Shown piece by piece: positions 1 through 11,156 of a stretch of 64,000 bases of DNA. Where the stretch lies: the NCBI GenBank assembly GCA_977030845.1, contig OZ365111.1, positions 42,284,001-42,348,000 on the forward strand, read 5' to 3'. Numbering within the stretch: the first letter of the stretch is position 1; every line of letters begins with the position of its first letter. A program made the position numbers and the translations under genes. The DNA comes from Fimbriosthenelais zetlandica (taxonomy: Eukaryota). The notes beneath the pieces were generated by a model. The model saw only the letters and a program-made list of their open reading frames with translations. It was not told the DNA's origin and made no database searches.

Positions 1-1611
1 GGACCAGGGGCTGTTTCTGGGATTAGGCCTTTAAGGTCTACCCCCCCCCCCCTCCCCAACTCAGACGCAACCTTGGTGATAATTCAAGGTCACTCGTTGC
101 CATCCCCCTTACCCCTAAAAAAGGGGAAAAAGAAAGAAAAGGATGTCCTGTCGTTAGTGAAGGTCTGATTTGGGACGACAGGACCATGCCTCGGTATCGA
201 TTTTTTTTCCTTCTTTTTTTAAACACTACTTACCGCCAGCTTATGTCAATAATTGGTCTATTTGTAAATGATGCTTTGCCCCTAATATTTTTTATCATAA
301 TGGATCATAGCAATGGTCCCCCTTGCGCTGTCAGTGCCTTGTACCAGTAAATAGATGGATGTATTTACCTAGAGGCATTATCTACTATATGGCATTAAAC
401 AGTTTTAGTTCTTTTATATATAAGTTTATAATATTCGTTTAAAAACCCCACATCTCAGTAGGTGAAGAACACATGGTAGGCCTATAGGCCTAAAGTACGA
501 TTTTTTGTAGTATAGGGTTTAACTTATTGACATAATACTTTTGTTAAGACCCTGTGGAGAATGGGCAATCGTTTGAGACATCATACGACGGGGAACTGTA
601 GCACAATCGTCGAAATACTTAATAATCGAAAGCTGTGGCAGTGCGATACCTTCGAAATGACTTCATATAGGCCTAGGCCTATTCGCCGTTGCTAGAAGTT
701 GAACCATAGACATAGAGGAAGTGTTGGGTCATCACAATTATCGGTGATTTTGCCAAGATAATAAGACAGCCGATATCAACTTTGGCGAACGAGAACATCC
801 CGAAGGTATATCGCAGGTTGCGATTCTCAAGTATCGCGACGATCGCCCGATAACTTTTCATCCGGCAACGCTCCCTAGCGGTTCCCAAGAAAGACCGGAG
901 TGACAGTACAGAGTGACTGAGGAATGTGGAATGTCACATGTTAACACTAGGTGCCGCCACCAACTCCCATTCTCCATTGCAGCAAGGATAGTATTGATTG
1001 CAGGTCTTGGACCACCAAAAGTTTCCCCTTTATATTTCAATGTACATCTACGTAGCATGAACAGCTGTAAATAAGATTCATTGCGCAGGAAACGCATTTC
1101 CCCCAATAGGTGTTCCTTTTGTCATACACACAATATATCTGAATATAAAGGTAGCATATCCCTAAAATCTCTTGCCAAGGCCCGACTTGTTTACTTACCT
1201 CCATGTTTTCTATCTCTGCACTGAATAAACTAATAAAATAGGACCATATACAAGCAGTGCTGGCAGTCGATATAGGCGCTCTGGTATTCTTGCATTTTTA
1301 TGCCATACAGTTGAGAAATACCTGGCGATTATCTTTGATTCTTGACAGATTTTATGGATGACTTTTTAATACAATTTCGGCCACTCACAGCCTCATAAGT
1401 ACTTGAGTCAATACTTTGGGAGGCAATAGGCCTAATCACTTGGAATTGGATAATCTGTCTATATGCAGATATAGGCCTACGCATGCTTTCTAAATATAGA
1501 TTTCTATATTTATTATTATCATAGTCTGCATGTGTGACTTCCATAATAAATTAAAGTTAATAACATTAATAAGAGGCCTATGTAAAGTAGCCTATGACAT
1601 AATGCATGACC

Positions 1612-2005
1612 ATGGGGCTTGTTTTTGAAATAGAGGGATGAAACAGTTTAAGGATGACATAATGCTTGAGATTGATACATGAAGATACATCAGAATTCTT
1701 ATAGGGCCTACGAGATTTTTAAATTTTAATTGACAATTAAATAATTTGCATTAATTTATACTTTTCCAAACGGACAGAATTGTGCCTGAAGGGGACAACG
1801 TGAAGCTGATGAGAAAGTAGGCTATGTCGTGAATCAGGGGCCTGTTCCATAATACGCTGTTTCTATAGATACGCTACATTAGTCAGTGCTGAGTCAATGT
1901 ATAATACGTTCATGTATCAGGAGCTTGTTTCAGGCAAAATATAATGGAAGCCTTACGCTAAACTCGTTATGAAACGGCCCCTCTGTTTTATGAAACAAGC
2001 CCCAT
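1612..2005. mobile_element. Nested MITE pair (possibly PIF/Harbinger-like)
   Basis: Outer perfect 13-bp inverted repeats ATGGGGCTTGTTT (1612-1624) / AAACAAGCCCCAT (1993-2005); inner GGGGCCTGTTCCATAA (1837-1852) / TTATGAAACGGCCCC (1967-1981). Superfamily assignment is from recalled TIR style only. Confidence 0.6.
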
Positions 2006-5000
2006 AGTTTCCTATATGCGTTCATTTACCGGAGGCGGGCACCATATGAACTCATCAAATACAAGAAAGTTCAAACTGCTTCCAACTTCAAACAGTTCTA
2101 CAGCCTGCTACCCCCCCCCCCCCCCCCCCCCCCACCCCCCGTTTTCTCTATTCATGTACTCCCATGCAGTCGCAGGTTTGTTAGTGGTTGGCGCTCATAT
2201 AATAATTTAGTTTGGCCCCCAGCCGCCACCACCGTCGCCTCTTATCACAGCATCTTAACCAAAAATGATTATAATATCAAACCTTTAACGAAACCAAATA
2301 AATATGCCAAAAATATCTTCTTTTTTTCAAAACTGTTAAATGTATTACCAATTCAAACAAAAAGCCTAGAGTAAAAAGCTGGCAATTTTGTTTTGATAGT
2401 TTAGAATTTTCACGTGGGTGGCTTTTTATGGTTTCTTCACGTATCGTTTTAATGTTCACTGCGCACATGTGTGAGTGAGTGGACGCAGAACAAGTGATAA
2501 AAGTGGGAGAGGTAGAGGGAGGAAAAGTGGGAGGAGGGAGAAGGAGGGGAGGGCGTTCCGTGCATATTTAGTTATTTACTCCCTACCTCTCTTCTACAGA
2601 TTAGAGTTGCGAGCCTAGAGTTGCTTCCACTCCTTATAATCTTTGAAATTGTATTTTTAAATTTAAATTTTAAAAGATTTTTTCTTAGAGAGGCCCTACA
2701 TTTATTTCAAATAAATTTCCCATTTAGAGAAAATGCCTATAGTAACCTAATCGGGGAAGTGGGTCTCGTAAGACGAGGCCTACTAATACGACTTATATTT
2801 TTTTAAATCAAGAGTCGCGCGCAAGATGAGGGTCATTTTTCCTTCCTTGGCTACTGAGGGGTCAGTGTGGGGTCAATGGGAGAGGTCACTCCAGTTGAGG
2901 TCACAGGTCACACAGCCGGCGTTCGTCTTGCGTCATCACTGGCGACTTACGCCAGATCGAGGCCAGGTCAGTAAGGGTCGCGGCCTGCAGGGGTCGCGGC
3001 GAGCGGTAGCGCGAATAGAGAAAAGCGGACAGCACAAGTACTAAGACCAGGGGGCTGGTTCAAAACAAAAATAAGTAGAAGCAAAATGGTTAACTTCATT
3101 CAAAACTGATGTTAAAAATAATTGAAGTTGCTCATAATATTAGCAAAACAGATCTATATTGTCATTTCTATAGGTTCTAAGCAATTGTCGGTATATAGGC
3201 CCATCCATCGCAAATACAAATACATCAAAGCATAAATATTTTTCTATGAATCATTCCCTTGTGCAGAACGGCGGCAAAAATGTAAGCATGAGGAATAAGC
3301 CTAATCAATGGGCGGCTGGAGGGAGGGGCGGCCATGCACGGACCCTATCTTCTAAGGTTAGGTTCTACCTAATGCCTAGTGCTTCCTGTGGTCTACTGAA
3401 AAACATCGTGACTCATCAAATTACCTATATCCTATAGTTCTTACGTGTTTCCTTATTTCCTTATTTTATTTTCTTCGAGGAGATTTTTATTTTTCCGTTT
3501 GGAATGCAATGACGTAGGAGTGCGTCATCAAATTGCTCTTCCTCTGCTTTTGTATGTCTTCCATATCCGCCTATTGTTGACGACACTGTCAGAACGATTG
3601 ACAGCAAATGGCGGGAAAAGGTAGAAGTGTCGTAAAACCACAAGAAGCAGATTGCATTTTCTGCCCATCTGTGATGTTTCCTTGTGGTGAGTAGCTGTGG
3701 TTAAAGCTACCGGGCCTGTACCTTTCACGAAGAAGGCAGGTGGAAACTTGAGGGAGATGAGCAACTGATTTTTGTCCCAACAAGTATGTTTACTGGTGTA
3801 TTGTTGGGGTGTAAATATTGGAGGTCAACTGGAAGGTCATTCTGTAGGCCTATCCTCTAACCTCAGGTAATGGCCACACGTGTTCCATTCTACCTCACAA
3901 CACCAAGGGGGATCTGGGGGAAGGAGTTGTCCTGACTTTTTCAGAGGTGATCTTTCGGCGCTCAAATAATAATTTGTAGGATCACAAGTTCCTTTCCCAA
4001 ATCCTGAATAGATGTACACCCCCTGCTCAGAACCCATAAGTCGGCCTACTTGAAAAAGACTTGAAAAAATATTAGGCTTTGATTAGGCTATATATAACAT
4101 AGCTTTTCACCTTTACAAACATTTAAATAGCCTACATTATGATTAATGCGAGATATATACATAATACAAAGCACCGTACAAAGGTAGTTTGCCTGAGGTT
4201 AGGCCTATATAGGCCTATAAATTTAAAGCGCAGAGAATACCAAAAACATAAAACAAGCAATAGCCTCGCCTAATGTACATTTATGCCTAAAAAGTTGTTA
4301 CACAAAATATAGGACATTGACAGCTCCCGTGACTGGTCATTTATGTTCGTTATTGTTCTCCTATATATTTTTCATTACATAAAATAAGGCCAACCAATAC
4401 AATAAGGTCCATTGTCAGATTACAGGGACGGTCCACTCCCATAATTTCCATATGAATAACCTATTTTCAGAGTTGGTATGCCCCCTTGAAGTGGTAGTGT
4501 ATTTTAAAATGTCTGATCCAGAAAAATTCCTTCCCTCCCTAAGGAGGGTGCAAAATGGGCAGAAGGGTTGGTAGGATAGTTTGGCGGGGGGGGGGGGGGG
4601 GGGGGAGGGAAGAAGGTGGGTTGTTCTTGTGAATGGCCGAAGCATTCCAATGTATGTGGTTATAAGATTTATGTTTTTCGCTGATTTTTGGTTAGTGGTA
4701 GAGCCTTTTTTCTACTTCGACTTCAGGGGTGTTAGAATTATCTAGATATATATTCTGGGTAATGTACCACAAAGAGGACCAAATCTTTAATGTTTGTCTC
4801 CTGAGTCATTTAGTATAAAGATCAGAGAATTTATTTGATGTTTTGCAACAATGTTTGAACCACTTTAGACATTTTTGTCCATTTCTACAGATATACTATT
4901 ATATCTGTAGAAATGGACTATTTTTAATACAAATGAAACTAAAGGCCTTTAGGCGATATTAGAACATACCTAAGGCATGAATGCTATTAAGGAAAAAGAA

Positions 5001-7871
5001 GTTAGTTCAAAAGTCCAGAGGCAGGCAAAAATAAAGCAAGCAAATGGACTTATTAATGATAATATGATGTAATAAAATGTGAAATAATAATTACATTTTT
5101 ATTCAGTTTGTACTATTCTAAAACTAAATAAATTGTATGTGACTTTGTGGGTAATTCATACATAAACGGCCCCTTGAGCCCATTTCAAAAGGAATATACA
5201 TGTAATTATCAATGATAATTCTCTGGCTAATATTTGTTTTCAAACAGGCTCCTGGTCATAGGATGAATTTGAGAACAAAATATCCATTATAATACCCATT
5301 ATGATTATAATACCCATTATAATTCCTTGGACATTTATGCTTATAAATACATTGTTGAAGGTTTCCTATTGACATCATCCATTTTGTAAACCATTTCTGA
5401 ACGGATCACTTCATGATCTGGTAATAATCATGAATAATCGCCAATAGCTCTATTAGTGATAATTATTATAAAATAAAGATATGAATGGAAAGGGTTAATA
5501 ATGCTGTGGGTATTGGGTCATTGTTTGAGGGTGGTGAGGGGGGAGGTGGGGGCGTGAAGGTAGCAAGGAAGCATAGAGGCCATCTGACCGACCCTGAACT
5601 CTACATGGCAAAGGTGACGGGGGTGGGGGGTGGGGTAATGGCCGAGCAGGGCTGGGTACATGGGGGTGGGATAGTGTTTGGGTTTGGTGATAGGGGTGGG
5701 GTGGTGGGGTGGAAGCATCGGACTGGAGTGAACATATAGGCATAGGCCACAGGTTTGGTGTCAAAGCTTCTGGGGATCAGCATTGAAGTTACCAACACAT
5801 AGCATAATTATAATTTTGTTATGTAATTTCGTAATTTGGATAACAAAAATCATGTTAGGCCTATCAGCGAACATCAGGTGACATTCATAAAAAAGTACGT
5901 CATAATTCCCGTGTTCCACAAAATACATCCCAATTAGCACAAATTAGGCCTGGGAAAAATTGGTTATAAAATGTATGAGGCATCATTTTCTTTTGAGGAA
6001 AAAATAATAACAGTGTAAATTATATGCAAATGGTATATAATAAAGAGAGATTTTTTTTTACCATACTAGACTAACTTTTTAGAAACACAAAATGTTTCTT
6101 GTTGCATTCGTGACTGGCGACGTAAGTTTCACGTAAATCAAGCAATGGCCGACAGGAACTGACCCCACGTGACCTTCCCCTGACCTTGGGTTAAGGTCAT
6201 TTAGTGCAGGCTCAGGGAATCGGTATGTCGGTACGGGGGAGTGGGAGGAGGAGAGGGGGAATGGGAAGAGGGAAGTCGGGGTCGGGTGGGGGATCTCAAT
6301 ATTTTTAGTTCAGGATCCCGTGGTGAACCTGTTTTGCACATGTTTTGGTCCCTTCTTCCGCAGTGGACCACATCAAGACTTGGCCCAGTAGTTACTCTAG
6401 TTCATTTTTTGCACCAAAACCAAGTGTAGGCCTAAATGACTGAAATATTTGTGACGAATCATTTTTGGCTAGCTTTCACATTGCACTTGTGGTTAAATGA
6501 AGTACTTTGTAATCAATAGTTTTGTAATCAAATTATTTTAGTTAAAGTGGTTATAGAATCGATTTAGAGAAACTATCTTTAGAGGGTACTTGTTAAGGCC
6601 TATAGGCTACTTCACAAATCTCAAAAATGTAAAATATGCAATAAACATTTAAATGGCTAACATTTTCCAAGAAAGGCCCCCATGACAGAATTCAACTACT
6701 TTTTAAAGTCCTGTGTATAACCTTATGTTTTGACTCCACCCCCTACCCTTACCCCAAACTTTTTTCTTGTAAAACAGAAGGCATGTACAGGAAACGTGAG
6801 TGGAATGGAGTTTACGCATAAATAGTTAATAAATAATTAAATAGTTAATAAATAGTCCCGACAACACAAACCTTTGAAGATTGCATGTCCAATCAGAAAG
6901 AATAGGCCTCCACCAACCACTGGTCTCTCTGGCTCAATGTAACATTATAACTGTATGCGCCCTATTTGTCATTATATGACTGTGAAATATTAATTTTCCT
7001 TTTGTGATAGGTGTTGAATAGGAAATGTATTATCTGCCCCCTTGGTAATTTTATGTGCAATAACTCTATTGATCTATGCAGAATAAAAGTCATAATTGTT
7101 TACTCGAAGAAAAATTTACGATTTTAACACAATGCAAGTAAACGCTCATAACTTTAGTAAGACCAATATATCTAGCTTTCCTTATGATATATTCAGAAAA
7201 GGTAACATTGTAAATATTAAAGTTAGAGAGATGTAAATATACATCGATAACATCAATGCAATATGGAACAAACTTGTTTTCAGTTAATGGCTTTTGAAAT
7301 GTCCATGAAGTGTTTATAGGCGTGAATAACTAGGCCTGTCTATACTAGCTGTTGAATAACAATAAATATAAGTATTGTAAGATTTATTTGAGAAACACTA
7401 TTGTTAAATATAATACTTTAAAAGAAACAATAATTTTTTTTTTAGCATAATCATCTTCGCTCACGAAAACAATAGCAATTTTTAATTTTGTATTTAATTG
7501 TATTTTATATTAGACATTGTAGATATTATAAGACATTGTGAATATTTTGAAGTAATTGTTAATGAAGCACATATCATAAATACATTCAGGAACCTTAGTT
7601 ACTGAAATACAATAAGCGCACAAACAAGGCCAATGAATGTTATTCAACAATACTTCAGAATGGATGAATAAAGGAATGATTTAAGTTTTATTGCTTTTAA
7701 AAATCCATACTTATTAGGCCAAGGTTCAGGTTTATCAAAAGTAAAGATTTGGATACAGTTCAATAAGATAGATAAGACTGAAAATACTGATGAGACTGAT
7801 AATGGTTTAATCGTTTAATGGAGGACATAAATTATTAAGTAATGAGCAAAATCATGGTGATAGGAAAAATT

Positions 7872-7950
7872 GTGACCTTGGTGGGATTCGAACCCATGTT
7901 CTTGTGTTCTTGTACTACTCTAAATGGCACCTAAACCATTTCGGCCACCA
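7872..7950 (-). mobile_element. tRNA-derived SINE-like head
   Basis: Minus strand A box TGGCCGAAATGG and B box GGGTTCGAATCCC; no proper cloverleaf; similar to the copy at 57806-57882. Confidence 0.7.
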
Positions 7951-8382
7951 AATCTGCTATAAGAGCTCTGGTGTATATAAACTTTATACAAGTAAGGGAG
8001 TTGGGTTGGGTGGGAGGGAACAATCAAAGTAAGTGGTGCAGTGAATGTTAATCTACGTTTCTCATAAAAAAAAAGCGGTAGTTGGGGGAGGAGAGAAATA
8101 GAAATGGAAAGACACACTGACAGATAAACAGACACCCCGACAGACAGATAGATAGACAGACCCATAGACAGAAAGTGAAAGAGAAAAAATATGTGAAGAT
8201 ATTGATAAGAAAAGAAATTATATAGGCTGGCTGAAATTCACTTAACATGTCTTAAAACTTGTGTATCGTGTATCTGTATTGAGGTAATGTGTGGTCACCT
8301 AACAGAAGTTGTTTGTGAACAAACAAATACACTTTTTTTCTAACCGCAGAGTCGTCCAGAAAGCTTGAATGCCAGAATGATT

Positions 8383-8462
8383 GATAAGGTTCATAAGACT
8401 GATAAGGTAGATAAGACTGATAAGACTATAAGACCGATAAGGTAGATAAGACTGATAAGGTA
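8383..8462. repeat. 9-bp tandem array (GATAAGACT / GATAAGGTA)
   Basis: About 9 degenerate units read directly; a shorter related array lies at about 7763-7803. Confidence 0.8.
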
Positions 8463-8663
8463 GAATGGTCTTGACCATTCTGAAGTAATAAATGAATTAA
8501 TGAGCGACGGAGAAGAGGAAAATTTCAGATAAATTCATAATTTAAAACTTTTAAAAACCACAGAATGGATCAGCTTAATGTGTCTGATCAGTAGAATAAT
8601 GCCGAAAACCTCCGCGGTTGGGGAGATTCTGGAAATATTACCATTTGGTTTACCATGTCTAAT

Positions 8664-8998
8664 GGCTGTCCTCAGTGGCCGAGTGGTCAAGTGTGCTGGT
8701 AGTCTGATGTAAGTTTTAACAGACTCGTGGGTTCGAATCCCCACAGCAGCCATGGTTGTGGTCCCGTCTGTAAGTTTCAAGTGAAAGACTGGTGAAATCT
8801 CCCATGTTCTGATCATAGCATGATTTGCATGGGCCCGCGTCCTCCCGTAGAGGTAAAACGCTTGCAGCTAATGATGTGTGTATGGCCAAAGAGCAATTCG
8901 CCACATTGTTAGCTGGTTATCAAGTGTCTAGCCTCGCCAGGGATATGGACGCAAGGGTGTATGGATCCGGTTGACTAAGACTATCTCACCAAAAAAAA
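8664..8998 (+). mobile_element. Apparently full-length tRNA-derived SINE
   Basis: Leu/Ser-tRNA-like head with A box TGGCCGAGTGG (8676-8686) and B box GGTTCGAATCCC (about 8729-8741), GGCTG/CAGCC acceptor-like pairing, about 240 bp body and an A8 tail (8991-8998). Confidence 0.7.
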
Positions 8999-9616
8999 CA
9001 TTTCTTTGTATTTTTATCATTAAATTTTGTTTGGAGGGTGTAAGATGATAGATGGGAGATAGTGGTAGAAATATTTAATAACGCTACGAATAGGGTGATG
9101 GGCATTGGAAATTACTGAGGTGAGTGTGTGTGTGGTGGGGGCGGGTACATGTAGGGAGAAGTATGGAAATATTTGTTATGAAACATGCCCCAAACACAGA
9201 GAGAGATATGGTGATGGTGCAAATGATAGTTGTAGATAAAATGTCCCCAAAAGGGTGACAGATAATATTCTGAAATATTTTATGAAAATTGCCCCAAATA
9301 TGGGTATGCGATAAATTAGTAAATTATTGAAAATATTCTATGAAACAAACCCCAATTAGAAAGGAGATGATGAGATTCGGAGCGGATGAGAGACAGGGTT
9401 AAGGACAGAGGGGAGAGATGGCTGGAGGAAAGGGAAAGAATGTGCCCAGGAGAATATAAGAGACAGTGGAGAGCGTGGGGTTTGGGAGAGATAGTATAGG
9501 AGAAGGTATAAGGGAGGGTGAGGGTGGTATAGTGAATGGGAGAGTGGCTAAGTAAGACAGGGTGGGAGACTGGGAGAACTCAGAGAAGATGAGATAGTAT
9601 ATTGAGAAAGACAGGC

Positions 9617-9686
<70 letters not shown>
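9617..9686. repeat. (AGAT)n microsatellite, about 17.5 units
   Basis: Perfect tetranucleotide run. Confidence 0.98.
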
Positions 9687-9687
<1 letters not shown>

Positions 9688-11102
9688 AGTGGGAAGGGTG
9701 AAATGAGGGGAATTCAATTTAAGTCATTTGTATATCTGTGTTGAGTTGTAATGCTATAAGGAATCACAAGGTGAAGTTTCTCTATTACCCGCCTCAACCA
9801 ATGCTTTAGAACTAGGAAAGTAAAAAAATCTCCAATTGTGGTCAAGTGGGGGGTTCGAACGCATACACTTGCTCGGAGAAAATTCTTAGGCTAGGGGAAT
9901 CTTAGATTAGCTTTCTCGGAACACAGTCAGCTAGCGCCGGCATAATGAACATCAGTTGATCGGCCTCTAACAGATCTTAACAGGCCCGTGAGAAATCTCC
10001 CCACCTTGAGAACTGCCGAGGCAAAGCCAGCGTTTCCCGTAGCAAGCGTTTTAGAGTCGGTATACACCACAGAGGATTGACTAGCTAACTTCAGAATGGT
10101 CAGGACCATTCTGAAGTAATAACTCTGGGGGCCCGCTATATAGGTTGAGATAGTAGAATGTTTAGTGTCCCAAGTTCATAGCCCGGTCGCCGGCCATTGA
10201 GCCAAGACATCCCTGTTCATTATGGCAGGAATCAATTGTCTTGGAAAGCAATGGAGACAATGGAAGGAAGGGTGCAAAGGTGAGGCGTCTGTCATGGTAG
10301 GTGTCTGCCTATGGTTGACAAGGCAACGGAAGATTAGGCGCGAGCTTGAGGCTGGCTTGAGGGCAATGGCGCCCGCACCCCTCACCCACCCGTCTTTCTA
10401 AAGAGGGTTAAATTTAAAAGAAACATGCACCTGCCTCTTTCACTACCTTATCGCTCGGTACGTTAGTTCCCGGTTTATATAACAAAAAGGGGAAAAAGGG
10501 CGCCACGCCGAGGTGCTTCTTATAGTGGGCGATAATAGAGTATATACCTGGATTCCAGAGGTCTTTCTATTGTTGAATTTGTCGCTGAGTTGAAGCACGT
10601 TCAGGAGTCGTGCGACAGCCGCCCTAAGACTCTTAAAAGATGGTTATCACCTGAAGGGATATACTGACAGTTAAAAAGCCGCGTATTATTATAATTTATA
10701 ATGAAAATTACGGGAATTTATTGAGGGAAAATAACGGGGAAATGGTTACACCTATTCACTGAATCGCACAACTATTTTGAATTGGTTTTAGAATTTTACA
10801 AAATTTGCTGAGTCAGCAGAATGAGGATATCAGTTAAATGGACCTAAAATGCTGCCCATTTGAAACTCAGATAGGCCTAAATGCCTGAATTGATAATCAT
10901 CCTTTCATTGATGCTATAGGCCTAGTATAATAGGTTCAAGGGACAATATCCTTGTCTCCCGTCTCTACCACACTCCATCGACTGCTTCCCTTACTATACA
11001 AAAACTGAGTGGTAAATTTTAATGACGGAATCGATTGCTTATCATTAGTTTTTCATTTCAGCTTCTCTGGCTTACAAAACGCTGCGGGGGGTCTTTTAGA
11101 CG

Positions 11103-11156
11103 CGCGCGCCTGCGCACAACGCTTCACGCGCGCCTGCGCACAACGCTTCACGCGCG
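11103..11156. repeat. 24-bp tandem duplication CGCGCGCCTGCGCACAACGCTTCA x2 plus partial unit
   Basis: Exact copies at 11103-11126 and 11127-11150. Confidence 0.95.

Noticed and set aside
5485-5764. Pro/His/Gly-rich ORFs from G- or C-rich tracts (also 13099, 33166, 56273-56826, 62825)
   Set aside because: Low-complexity sequence or ORFs spanning the N gap.
8664-8752. Functional tRNA gene
   Set aside because: A and B boxes are present but the acceptor and anticodon arms are non-canonical and a SINE-like body and A tail follow. tRNAscan-SE would settle it.
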